This document shows, piece after piece, positions 51,595 to 64,000 of a DNA stretch of 64,000 bases; within the stretch, counting starts at the first letter, position 1; every line of letters begins with the position of its first letter. Below the pieces are notes generated by a model, which worked only from the letters and a program-made list of their open reading frames with translations, did not search any database and had not been told where the DNA came from. This DNA is from Eledone cirrhosa (lineage: Eukaryota), in contig OZ024746.1 of the NCBI GenBank assembly GCA_964016885.1, positions 64,976,001 to 65,040,000 on the forward strand, read 5' to 3'. Both the position numbers and the translations under genes were made by a program.

Positions 51595-53935
51595 CCGCGA
51601 ACTTGAAGAAAAACTCTCGAGGCTAAAACATTCCGTATTTAACATCTTACGGAAACAGAAGATAGCCCCAAACCTCTCCAGGACACAACAACTCGCCCTG
51701 AAGAACCTACGTAATAGGGAACTTATATACTTACCATTCGACAAAGGTAAAGAGTTTTGCGTCATCTCTCAAGCCACATACAACAACCTAGCCTTTGAAC
51801 ACCTAAGCGACAATGAATTATATACAGAGATCCCGCACATGACTGCAGCCCAGATCGAAAAACAGACCAACTCCATCTGGTTCGATATCTGTAGGAGACA
51901 ACTCCCAAATAAAGTTAAGCTCAACTACACCACTAGAAATAGCAGACTGCCCACTTTCTACCACCTCATCAAGACCCACAAGAATAGTACTAAGACGCAA
52001 ATAAGACCGATCGTCTCTAGCATAGAAGCACCCCTATACAAAATTTCCTGGCTCCTCTCCCAGATCCTCAAGCCTCTACTTTCCACCTTTCCCGGGCATG
52101 TCAGTAGCTCCGACGAAGTTATACGTAGACTACATCAACTCCAGCCAGAACAACTTAAACTAAATAGATACGCCTTTAGCCTCGACATTGTCTCCCTCTA
52201 CAATACAGTCCCCGCTCATCCAGCTGTCGATTTATTGACGGATTGCGTGGTCGCAGAGGACATCCACTGCTACGGCTTCCATCCGACGGACATACACCAC
52301 CTTTTGTCCTTCACAGTGGACAACACGTACTTCACCTTCCCCCACCACATATACAGTCAGACAACAGGATTACCCATGGGATCCAGCCTATCGGGCCTGC
52401 TGGCCATCACCTATATGAACCAGCTAGAATGCCGAGCCCTCAACACCTGCCATTCCCATACCTTCTTCACCCGATATGTAGATGACATACTCATCCTTAC
52501 ATCATCCCGTGAGGAGGCAGATAAAATATACACAACATTCTCCAGCATGGACGCCAGTATAAAGTTCAGCATGGAACACCCCGATGACCGCGGATCCCTA
52601 TCCCTACTGGACTTCCAACTCAGGGTAACAGAGGAAGGCAACATCCACACCTGCTTCTATAAAAAAGCCGCCAGCAGGGACCTGTTCGTACATTTCAGAT
52701 CGGCCCTCCCAGCCGGCGCTAAGTTTGTATACATAAGGAACGAACTAACACGTATCCGGAACAAATGCACCGACGCTAGAGACCGAGACACACACACCAC
52801 AAATTTCCTGGAAGTACTCAAACTGAACGCATACACGACACCCACCACAAACCGTGCCAGAAAGAACAGAGGACACCACACCCGAGGCACTAACACTTGC
52901 TTCCTGAAGCTCCCACACTTCAGTGACGAAACAACAACAGCCATCCGCAGAGCTATCAGACGAGAGGGACTAGATATCCAACTGGCCCACTCAGGTCCTT
53001 CTCTACGCGGACAGCAAACCAAAGGACACTCCACCAGACATGACAACTGCTGCAGGCTAGCCAACTGCCCCATCAACGACACAGACCTATGCCACCAGGC
53101 TCACGTCGTATACAGACTAGAGTGTGACTAATGCAGCAACTTCTACGTAGGTAGCACCACCAGACCACTCCACATAAGAATAAAAGAACACCTCAATACT
53201 AACGCTTCCTCATTTAAGAAACACCTAGTTAAATGCAAAAACAGCGACAAAACCATAACAGTTAGGATAGAAACTAAGGAAAGAAACCTCGGCAATCTTA
53301 GAATTAAGGAAGCACTAATTATAGACAAAACACAACCACCAATCAATAATAGACTAGAACTCAACACCCAATTTATAACTTGATAGAGCTGTTAGCCCAA
53401 TATTTACCCCCCCCCCCCCACACACACACACGCGCACACACACACGCGCACGCACGCACACACACACGCTTACACCTCCACTTATTCTCTCTCTCACACA
53501 CACATATACACACAAAGACCAGTTCTAACACGAGATAACATCTATCCCCCGCATTTACGTATAGACATATCTTCTCACACTCACACACACACACTCACAT
53601 ACTTACACCTTCATGCATTCTCCCACACACTTAAACGGGCATGTACAAAAAAAAACCCTTTTAAAGGGAGACTACTCTTTATCCACCTAACCTTAACTCT
53701 TTGACATTAGAGATAGAACAGATACTCTATACCATTTCCTGTTAGAATGACTTGGCAAGCTATTTAGAACACTGGTTTAACCGCTTTACTTCCCTCCGAA
53801 GAAGAGATATTATCTCGAAAATTAAGGACATTTAATTAAATCTAAGGTAAAAGACTAATTGTTAACAATATCTTTTTGCATTTGCATTCTTTATTCTATG
53901 TCCATACCTGCATTGTTTTGGCTTTATTATACATA
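51595..53935 (+). mobile_element. 5'-truncated PLE related to 25858-28772; ORF 51595-53383 with one premature TAA (53129-53131); HHR at 53793-53827
   Basis: FDKG, KTHK..IRPIVS, SLDIVSLY, GLPMGS, RYVDD; the frame continues past the stop as CSNFYVGSTTRPLHIRIKEH; cct-CCGAAGA-agagat att atctc-GAAA-at-TA-agg. Confidence 0.88.
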
Positions 53936-53972
53936 TACAAACGTTTATATATATAACAATTATATATATAAC

Positions 53973-54018
<46 letters not shown>

Positions 54019-54038
54019 CAATTATATATATATATAAC

Positions 54039-54072
<34 letters not shown>

Positions 54073-54639
54073 CAATTATATATATATATATATATAAATA
54101 ACAATTATATATATATATACATATTTATACCAATTATATGTGTGAAGAGCAAATTGAGAAAAATATTCCTAATTGTTTCTTCAATGTCGCGACTACAGTT
54201 TCTCCGATTGGTATACAGCCATATATATAAACATCCTATGGCCATAGAGAGATATCGACAGAAACAGGTGAAGAATGTCACTGGAAGTTCCCAGCTTAAA
54301 GTCTACATATGAGTGGGGGGAGATAGAAGGCCGTTTTGCGCAATATTTGTGAGTAATTGTGTAACTCCTATCCTTCTCTTACAAGAAAGCAGCCCTGTTT
54401 GGGATGGTATTGCTTTTCTGCTAGGGAGGAGACGACAAGAAAATGCAACCTAACAATTGTTTCCTCGCACCACTCACTGTCGTTAGGTGCCGGTGGTTGG
54501 GCATCCAAAATTGTACCAGAACACTAAAAGAATCAACATTAAAATGAATAAAACAAACAAACTATTCACTGGTTCTTGGAGTGTGCGAATTCTCCAATAC
54601 AGTAAGAACTTGAAAAGGCATATGAACTCGCTCCTCGGG

Positions 54640-54990
54640 ACCTGCTGTGAAAGGTTCTGCAGGAGTATGGGATCAATGGTCAGCTTCTTGCTGCCTTGAT
54701 GTCTCTCTAGGATTGCCCGAGTATTTGTGTTGGGAGAAATGGTGCTAAATCGAAAGTAAGCAATGTGTGAGTCGCTCTCCACCAAAGGTGCGTACTCTCA
54801 TCTCCCCTGTTCATTATTTTCATATACAGGATTCCTCTCCAGAAAGCCTGCGCAGTGCATACTATATGTGAATGGAATTCCACTGAAGTAGGCCGAGAAG
54901 TTCAAGTATCTCGGGTCCGTGATGGGAGGCAAGAGGCTGAATTAAGTGCAAGAATTGCAGGAGCTGGTGCAGTAATGCGCCAGCTTCAGT
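54640..54990 (+). mobile_element. Highly degraded LINE RT fragment
   Basis: Residual VNGIPLK*AEKFKYLGSV. Confidence 0.4.
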
Positions 54991-55046
54991 AAAAAACAAA
55001 AACAAAAAAAAAACAAATGAAAAAGGTATATATATATATATAATTG

Positions 55047-55082
<36 letters not shown>

Positions 55083-55131
55083 CAATTCACTTGGTATCTG
55101 CCATATCATAGCTACAACTTTGATTTATACC

Positions 55132-55174
<43 letters not shown>

Positions 55175-55769
55175 CATATGTAAAATATATGTATATATTC
55201 ATAATGGACGTATGTAAAACCGTTCTCTGAATCCTTTACGATGCATATCCATAGCTTTCGATTTTCAAACCTTTTCCCCACGTAAATTCATGTATATTCA
55301 TCATACGATAGTCACTCAATTCAGCAACCATGCTTCTCTCTCTCTCTCTCTCTCTAGCTCTCACGCTCTCTCTCTCCCTCTATCCCTCTCTTTCATTCTT
55401 CCTCTGTTTACCTCCACACCCTGTTAAATAACTAGATTCTTCTCACTTCTTTGTTTGCTGGATTATTCATAAATGATGTATGTAAAACCGCTCTCTGAAT
55501 CTTTTACGATGCCATCCGTAGCTTTCGATTTTCAAACATTTTCTCCCACGAAAATTAATGTATACCCATAATACAATAGTCACAAATGCATGTATATTGA
55601 TCATATAATAGTCCCTCTATTTAATCACTTATCTCACCATTTTCCTCCCACCCCTACACACCACCTTAACCTAATTGACCAATCAAACCACAGCAACACA
55701 AATATATCTTCGCCAACTACCCGCGACAAGTGATGTAACTACTGCTATTATCTTTCCTATTTTTGGTTA

Positions 55770-55970
55770 TCGTTAATCACGAATGAGCTGAAATAATGGT
55801 TTCTTATATAGGCACAAGGCCAGCAATTTCGGGGGAGGGGAAAGTCGATTAAATCGACCCCAGTGCGTGACAAAGTTAACCTCGGCGGGATTTGAACTCA
55901 GATCATAAAGGGCCGTAACTCTATGCGGCAAAGCATGGCGTCCGACCCTTACCGATACTGCCAATCCACC
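55770..55970 (+). mobile_element. Octopod-type SINE
   Basis: caaggccagcaatt...aaagttaacctcggcgggatttgaactcagatcataaagggccgtaactct, shared with 15515-15680. Confidence 0.7.
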
Positions 55971-56099
55971 GAATGTAACAACCCTGAATATAAATATGAA
56001 CCTACGCGTTCCCAAGAGACCACACGAACCTTCTTTATTTCAGATACAAAAAGCATATACCCACCCCCACAAGCATTCACCCTCTTCCACCAAATGCCC

Positions 56100-56830
56100 A
56101 AAATACCGAATTGGCACCATCAACGTGAGCACAATGAAGAATAGGAGGGATTGTAGAGATGCTAGATTGGAAGAACATTGATTAATGAGTTGTGCAAGAT
56201 ACTAGATGGAGAAGGGTGTAGTACATTTAATAGAAAAGAAAAGATTCGATAAGCTTGTCAAAATTTAACATCAAAATCTCTTGCTAACACACTTGTTATA
56301 AATAACAAGTTATTGTGCAATATAATTACCTAAATTCATCTCATTGATTTACTTCAGTTATTTGTCTTGGCTTACATTTTACAATTACACCTCTGACAAA
56401 ATACATCCATCATGCACCCTAAATCAGCCTATTGCCCTCTGCAAGGTAGAGAGGGCTATCCCATTTTTCCGGAGCTGGTGCACAAAAAATGCACATAGTG
56501 CACTCTATAAGGTGGCTGGCTGGAGGTAGGAAAGTCGTCGTGTTGCAGAAATCATTCCAAAAAATGTTCTGGACGCCACTTCAAATATATCAAGGGCACG
56601 ACATCCCCTCTAGCGTTGGCTATCTATTCTATAAATGCACTCAATACACTCTGTAAAATAGCTGGTGACAGAAAGAGCATCCAACAGTAGAAAACCTGCC
56701 CCCCCCCCCCCCCAAAAAAAAAGTTGAGGGATTCTTCAGTTATGTGAAAGACATGATTACCTTCCTTGAGCTGGTACCATGATGAAATGTTCACGATGCA
56801 CTATGTAGACAGTGCGAACGTATGTGAACA
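56100..56830 (+). mobile_element. Degraded RTE remnants (APE N-terminus and 3'UTR)
   Basis: RIGTINVSTM at ~56107; gcatccaacagtagaaaacctgcc resembles the RTE 3'UTR at 19515. Confidence 0.4.
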
Positions 56831-57583
56831 GGATGCGACCACCCGATCACTCTGAGAGGTCAATGGAACAGTTTAAGTATTGGCGTAACAGGTAGCAACC
56901 CGGCAAAACCTTACTACTAGGGGAAAATGAACGTTAAAAAATGATGATGAAAATTTATGTATGATAAGAATCACGAATACACACACACTAACACGAACAA
57001 AATATACACCACTCCCACACTCATATCCGAACATACACGGACACACACTGGTACGCATTCTAACCAGTAAAGGACTTCACATACAAACACGCGTACGCAC
57101 ACACATGGTTACATATATATGTATATATAAATATGTAGCGAAATCTATACACAGATTGAGCCCTGTGTGATCTCTCGAAGTCACCCGGTGGTTCTCAAGG
57201 CAGGAAGCGACAGATATAAATAGCCTGTTTTAGACCAAGCAAAAGGGAGTTCGAAGCAGTTCCTGATAGAGTAACGATGTAAAACATTTGCTTTTTACAG
57301 ATCCCTTGGGGTCTACAGACTATTACTCTCTCTCCGGGTCCTACAGACTCTCACCTTCTCTTGTCACTGAGTTTTGACTACTACCTTACTGCTACTAAAG
57401 AACGATATCTTGCCACTCTCTATTGCAGCATAACGAAATAACAGCAAAAACATCGTCAACCTTTATCTTATTCTTTGTTCCTTTATTCACTGAAGTGAAG
57501 TAAATGTTATATTGAAATGAAACCATTTATTTTGTCGTGTTATTTCACCTCTAACAAAACGTGCTAACTTCGCTTCGCTTCGC

Positions 57584-57665
<82 letters not shown>

Positions 57666-57814
57666 CACCAAAGCAAGTCTTTGACTGACAAATACACATT
57701 CGTAAACGCACCCACCTAGCCACACACACACATACACACTCACCCTGCTTCTTGTTTACACCAAAACAAGTCTTTGACTGACCAATACACATTCCAAAAC
57801 GCGCCCACACACGT

Positions 57815-57855
<41 letters not shown>

Positions 57856-57874
57856 CACATATATATATATACAC

Positions 57875-57946
<72 letters not shown>

Positions 57947-58317
57947 GTATATTAAAATGATAGGAAGCCGGACAGATTGAATTCCCTTCATTATTTATTT
58001 CTACAAACACAATGCACATTTTAGTGGCCAGGCTACATATGAACCTGGTGACATCATCAGGTGTATATTGCATAATAGTTGTATACCAAAGGAATGATGG
58101 TAAACATTTTCCAAGATCTGGAAATGCCAGTTACAGTGTCTTATCTTTAGACAAGATTTCCTTCAACAGTTGATCAGTCTCTAATTAGCTGTACCATAGC
58201 CCTTTCTGTATCTTTCATGACCTAACCCAACAACTTGGTGCCTCCATGTATTTACATACGTACATCGTTGTCTGGGGGAGGTTATTGTATGTGTGTGCGT
58301 ACGTGTATGTGTGTACA

Positions 58318-58364
<47 letters not shown>

Positions 58365-59624
58365 GCGTGTGCGTGTGTATGTATGTATGTGCGCGTATGA
58401 CAGGTAGAAAGAGAAAAAGAGATGAGAAAGAAAGAGTTACAGAAATAGAAAAATCATGCAGATTTCAGTCTTTTTTCTTTTTATTTCTATCACTCATACT
58501 CCATCACATTTTATGAAACAAATATTCCTTTATTTTGGAGTTTGGAATATGGATTCGGTATAAAATTACTTATGAAATATTCTTTGGTTCATCTCGATTT
58601 CTGTGTCAATTTTTGTAATAATCGGTTTAGTAATGGCGACGTTGTTTCAGGACAAACAAAAACACTTTGTTTCTAATTATATAGATTATATATCTAAATA
58701 CATATATGTATCATCTTATCACGTATATTACACCTGACTAATGATGTAACATTAAAACATTAGCTTAGCAATTGACTTTCAAATCACACACATACACACA
58801 CCTATTATATATTTTCAGGGAAATTTCTTATGACCAGAGATTTAATTTAGAATAAAGGAAAAAAGAGTGATATGAATGACATTATTACCAGAGCTTAAAG
58901 CCCTTACTGTAAAAGAACTCTCGTTGACAGAAAGTAGAGAGGGATAGCGAGAGAGAGGGGGGGGGGGGGGGCGAAAGGAAATTGAAAGAAAATGAGAGCG
59001 AGAGAAATGGGGAGAGAGAGCTAAAGAAACAATTCAACAGAAAGGCTTATACAATATCCAGTTGATTATATGGTAAACATGTCACTAAGCTATTACCATA
59101 CTTGTTAAGATATTTCCGACAAACAAGACAAAAAAAGCGCTCTGCATGTTTTACAGAAAATATCCCGAGGCTAATACTTGCCAAAATCACGCTTCTTTGA
59201 AGACTTGTTTACTTTCCAAATATTGTTCTAGTGACACTTCTCAGCAAAAGAATTTGAAAACAAATAATGCACTGCCAAATCAACATGAACACCGTTCTCA
59301 TCTCTCATTGGTCCTTTAAAATATATTGTGAGAATGAATAACAATCTACTGAAAATTTAGTCAAGTTGGATCATTCTATTCAAAGAGCTTATCTATACGT
59401 CTTAAATATTAATGAACATCTTTTGAAATTGTTGAGCAATTTAAAACAAAACAATTTTTTCTTACTGTATGTGGTGAAATTTGTAAACAACGTGAAAACT
59501 ATTATCATCCCATATAGAAAACAAATATCTGAAATATGGACTGATTATGTTTAAACAATAAATATATTTTGTCAAACTTGCCACAATTTAACTCTGGAGA
59601 CATCTTAACGTACATACAAAAAAT

Positions 59625-60304
59625 ATGTATCGTTTTGTTATTATTTGGTGTTTCACTTCCATATTTCTACCTTTCATCCCAACACTGACGGCTGGAAACG
59701 ATATCTTTAATGGAGATTTTGAAAAAATAAATGCATTTGGTCAGCCGACAGGATGGAAAGCTGTTGGTTGCAAGCTAACTACATCAGAATCAACAAAAAC
59801 ATCGGGCCATAGAAGTGTTGTAGTTACAAGTCGTGCTGGATACTGGGCAGGACCACGTCAAGTTATCAATGGTACACAACTAGCAGGAAAGCGGTTTGTT
59901 ATAAGCGCCTGGGTTAGACTAGGGACAATAAACGACATCACAAATAACAGTACTATAAGTAATGGACTTTTAACAGAGAAGAACAATGCCTTTTCTAGTG
60001 GTCATAGAGGCTATCGTATACAGATCATAACTAAGTACAAAAAAGGATCAAAGGAGATTTATGATGTTATCGGCTCGATTAGAGCAAAACATGAAAAATG
60101 GCATCAAATTCTTGAAAACCATGTGTTTCCTAAGACAATAACGGGATTAGTAACTATTTTCGTTCAAGGAGAATACGGTATATTTCCATATTTCGATTTT
60201 TATGTTGACAATGTATCCATTAAAACGTGGAAGGCACCTGAAGGCTGGCGAGAAGAGGCTAATAAACGAATCCGAAAATATCGGCAGCGTGAAGTGGAAT
60301 TAGT
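59625..60304 (+). CDS. First coding exon of a secreted CBM4/9-containing protein, probably GH10 endo-1,4-beta-xylanase-like
   Basis: ATG plus hydrophobic signal peptide; NGDFE..GW..SG..S..V..R..WAGPRQ..SAWVRL..FYVDNVSI (CBM4/9); WREEANKRIRKYRQREV linker typical of the start of GH10 domains; gtaagt donor at 60305; catalytic domain not in window. Confidence 0.75.
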
Positions 60305-60715
60305 GTAAGTACTAATTTATATTTTCTCAGTTATATTTTCTCAGTGTTGTTAACAATTATGAATGGATTTCTCTGTGAAATTCACGGGACTGTTTCAATG
60401 TGAAACTAGTTTTATGTTAATTAAATATATAACATGAATTGCTAATAGAATTATAATTTTAAGGATCACCTTACGTTGGAGATGTATATGTTTTAAATAT
60501 TTACATTCACATTGAGTTTCCATCTGTTTAATCTCCGATCGTCACCAGATTTCTTTTTATTTCATGTCTACACAGTACAAGACTGAATTTGAACGACCAT
60601 CCATTATTCATAAACTTACGTTCTTACACAATTATACATGCTTCAGAGGTCCAGTGGACAGTAATGCTAGAAATAGTACTAAAATCTCCTTCAAATCACA
60701 CATATAATATACATA

Positions 60716-60922
60716 CAGTGCCTGGCTTAACGCTGTACCATTAGTCTTGACTGGTATTCAGCTGGACAGCGACTGTTTGTCCATCGGTGTTTCCATGAGG
60801 CTCGGCCTTCGGATCTGTGATCATCACATATGTTCCTGCGGATCTACAGTGGTTTCTTTCAGCCTCAATCCACTGTCAAGCCATTATAGTGCTGACCACT
60901 TCCCACACCATGCTGCTCTCTA
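60716..60922 (+). mobile_element. Degraded CRE-like retrotransposon fragment (Zn-knuckle region)
   Basis: AWLNAVP...LDSD..IGVSMRLG..IC..H.CSCG...HAAL. Confidence 0.6.
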
Positions 60923-61016
60923 CAAGATGTGTTTCTCTAACGGTATATGGCTTTTTCTCTCTCTGTATATATACATATATCTTTTAATTTAAATTATATA
61001 TATATATATATATATT

Positions 61017-61233
61017 TAACGAAGGAAATGTGATAAAGAACCAGGTGGACCATAACGCACCAAAGTACTCAATACTTAGGGTAGTAGAGTGGGTAATAGG
61101 AACGAGTAGGACCCCGACGGCTGAGCTCAAGCCGTTTCGACGGCTAATTCTGGACCAGACTGGTGATGCGATAAAAGGTCCAGAATTAGCCGTCGAAACG
61201 GCTTGAGCTCAGCCGTCGGGGTCCTACTCGTTC

Positions 61234-61236
<3 letters not shown>
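61017..61236 (-). mobile_element. Mini fold-back pLTR insertion: 60-bp arms, 20-nt spacer, 80-bp tail, half hammerhead
   Basis: 61097-61156 is the reverse complement of 61177-61236; GAAA-cggct..agccg-TC is present but CTGANGA is missing; related scrap at 42012-42061. Confidence 0.7.
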
Positions 61237-61266
<30 letters not shown>

Positions 61267-61267
61267 C

Positions 61268-61339
<72 letters not shown>

Positions 61340-61356
61340 CATATTACACACACACC

Positions 61357-61404
<48 letters not shown>

Positions 61405-64000
61405 ATGAAAAAATTTGAACAGGGACAAAACAGAGAGGCAGTACAATAAATGTTTATTAATTTCACGCTCAGGAGAGTGGGGGGTAGGTGGGGGACGACG
61501 TTTCGGGCATAAGCCCTTCCTCAGGTGAGAAGTGTGTGGGAACAGAGTTCAAAAGGTGTGTAGGGGAGTGGTGGAGAGAAATATAGCGAAAAAAGATAAA
61601 AAATATAAAAATAAAGCATGATCAAAATACAAGGAATGAGAAAATTTAAAAATAAAGGCATGATCAAAATAAACTGAAATTAAAAGGGGGGTAAACAGGT
61701 GGTGGAAGGGTGTGGGGTGAGTAGGGGTGGTGGCGGGTGGAGTGGGGAGAGGGAGACGGGGTGTCCAAGCGGGGAGGGCTGAAGGTGGTGTGTGTGTGTA
61801 GGTGTGCGTGTGTGTGTGTGTATGTGAAAGTAAGGGTTGGGGGAAGAACGGGGTTGCATGTTTAGGAAGAGGTGTGTGTGGGGGTGTTTTTGTGGGTCGG
61901 AGTGTCTGTGCGTGTGTGGATAGGGGGGTGGGGGGAGAGGAATCAGGAGGCTGAGGGTGTAAATATGTGGTGGGAAGCACGTGTGTGTGGGGTTAAAGCG
62001 TGTTGTGGGTGGGGTTAAAGCGTGTGGAGAAAAAAATTTTTGGGGGGTGTGTGTGTGGGTGAGTTATATAGGTGATGATGTAAGAGGATGGTTGAAAAGT
62101 TGGTAAGTTCCAAGGATTTTGGAGGATTGGTTATAAGTCAATTTCTGCGTGTGGGTAATCCATGAAGCGGTGGTCGGAAGAGGAGAGATGTGCCGTGCGC
62201 GCGCAACAGGAAGTGGTCAGCAGTGGGAGTGCTGTGGTCTGTTGGTGCTGGGAGGTGGTCAGAAGGGCATAGCAGCAGTCGGTGGAATGGTAAGGGGGCG
62301 AGGATGGGTAGGTGTGAAAGTTGGAGTGAGGAGGGTCTGTGTGTGTGTGTATTAGTAGGGGTGTTAGTGGGATGAGTGAGTGTGGAGCGGGGGTGTGGGT
62401 GGAGCGGGGAGAGAAGGGTGTGTGTGGTTCTATGGAGGGAGTGTGGTGTACTGGTGTGTGTGTAGTTTGGTGAAGAGGTGTTAGTGGGTGTTAGTATACG
62501 GGAGGTGGGGAGGGGTTGAATGCAGGTGTGAGTGGGGGTTAGTGGTGGTAGGGTGTGTAGAGTTGGTGGTGTACGAGGGTGTGTGGGTACGTGTGCGTGG
62601 GGTTGGGGGTGTTAGTGATGTTAGTTGCGTGTGGGGTGGGTGGTGTAAGTGGGTGCGTGTGATAAGGAGGAGGAGGAGGAGAAGAGGGGAGGGAAGGGAT
62701 GTTAGTATGTTAGTTGGGGAAGGGTGGTCAGATGAGGGGTGGAGTGTAGGTGTTAGTATTGTTAGTGTGGGGTGGGCGGTGAAAAGGAGGGGTGTGTTAG
62801 TGGTGTGAGTGGGGGATAAGTGTGGGGGGAGGGGGGCGGTCAAACGCTAAAGGAATAAGGGTGGGGAGTTCAGGCCGGGGGGAGTGTGGGTCTGTAAGAT
62901 GAATATAGTTCGTTGTTCGACCGTAAGGCGATGGGCGGGTGTTCCGTGGCACTGGAGTAGGCCACAGACTGAGAGATGGCGTGCGGAGTGTCCAGGGCCA
63001 CCAAAGTGGCGGGCGATGGGGGAACTGCCCCCGAGACGAATATCCCGGAGGTGCTCCGTGACTCGGTCCGCCAGGTGACGTCCCGTCTGTCCGTCATAAG
63101 TCGCGCTGCACTCCGTGCAGCGAAGTCCGTAGACTAGGTTGGAGGAGGTGCAGCGGAAGGCATGCCGGACCGAGAGAGAGTGGCCGTTGGGACCCTGGAA
63201 GGTGGTGGTGTTGGTGATGTGGGGACAGGTGTTGCAGCGGGGCCTGGAACAGGGAAAGGAACCGGGGGGGGGGCAGAGCGTGGGTTGGGGGGTAGGGAGC
63301 TGTGGACGAGGAGGGTGCGGAGATTGCGTGCGCGTTTGAAGGAGGGGAGTGGTGGGGTTGGGAAGATGTGGGAGGTGGAGGGGTCGGACTGGAGGTGTCG
63401 GAAGAGGCGGCGGATGGTGCGGTGGAGGGGTAAGGTGGAGGGGTGGTAGGTGATGGGGAAGGGGAGACGGTGGGTGGGTGTGCGGTGGCGTGGGGTGAGG
63501 TGGTGGAGCGGGGGATAGCACGAGCGCGGGTGAGAGCGGTGTAGACGAGCGAGGGGGGGTAACCTCTGCGGATGAAATGGCTGACTAGGGAAAGGGCCTG
63601 GGACTCGAAGTCAGCATCACGGCTACAGAGGCGGCGGATCCTGAGAAGTTGGGAGTAGGGAATGGAGTGTTTAGTGTGGGTGGGGTGGGAAGAGGTGAAG
63701 TCGAGGTAAGAGTGGGAGTCGGTGGGTTTGAAGAAGGCGGAGGTGACGAGGGATTGGTGGGAGGGGTCGAAGGCGACGGATGTCTAAGAAGTGGACGTGG
63801 GTGGTGGAGATAGAGGTGGTGAAGTGGAGGGAGGGGTGGAAGGAGCAGAAGAAGGAGAGAAAGGAGTCGAGCTGTTCTCGGGTGAGGGTCGTGGCTCCGA
63901 TACAGTCGTCAATGTAACGACCGTACAGTTCGGGCGTGGGGCCGGTGTACTGGGCAAAGATTTGGGCCTCAACATGGCCAACAAAAAGGTTGGCATAGTT
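61405..64000 (-). mobile_element. Neptune-like PLE (RT runs off the window end; GIY-YIG ends 62847), frameshifted; HHR at 61495-61526
   Basis: YANLFVG..RYIDD..FLD..KPTDSHSYL..SIPYSQLLRIRRLCS; CSRPRCNTC finger, NLVY..CTEC..YDGQTGR..RVTEH; CTGAGGA-agggc ttat gccc-GAAA-cg-TC. Confidence 0.88.

Noticed and set aside
53129-53131. In-frame stop as selenocysteine recoding, as in some Naiad PLEs
   Set aside because: The codon is TAA (K in the relative at 26697), not TGA, and the element has a C-terminal endonuclease
57660-57820. ~95-bp tandem duplication (also 12540-12645 and 17073-17110)
   Set aside because: Ordinary local slippage duplications with no further structure

Overview
AT-rich, microsatellite-laden eukaryotic DNA. 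The SINE and LINE-tail motifs resemble those I know from octopod cephalopods (an inference). Two host genes bracket the window. The last five exons of a Rubicon-homology (RH; DEF8/PLEKHM/RUBCN-like) gene lie at 960-15109 (+), and the first coding exon of a secreted CBM4/9 + probable GH10 xylanase-like gene lies at 59625-60304 (+). Most of the rest is mobile DNA inserted into (TA)n: a near-intact full-length RTE LINE, a truncated RTE, CRE-like and other LINE scraps, MITEs, Helitron-like elements and, above all, Penelope-like elements (PLEs) of at least four protein lineages. Reading by eye I find about 26 minimal type I hammerhead ribozyme (HHR) copies in about 15 unrelated sequence families. 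Many sit in fold-back insertions of the form inverted arm + forward arm + unpaired tail, and two sit in non-coding tandem units of 310 and 466 bp (retrozyme-like). The most novel-looking signal is a strand-polarised (TA)n-ACAAT array spread over 22.3-55.1 kb whose unit matches the terminal nucleotides of one resident PLE family, which suggests reiterative, telomerase-like copying. All folds, alignments and coordinates were derived manually and need computational confirmation.
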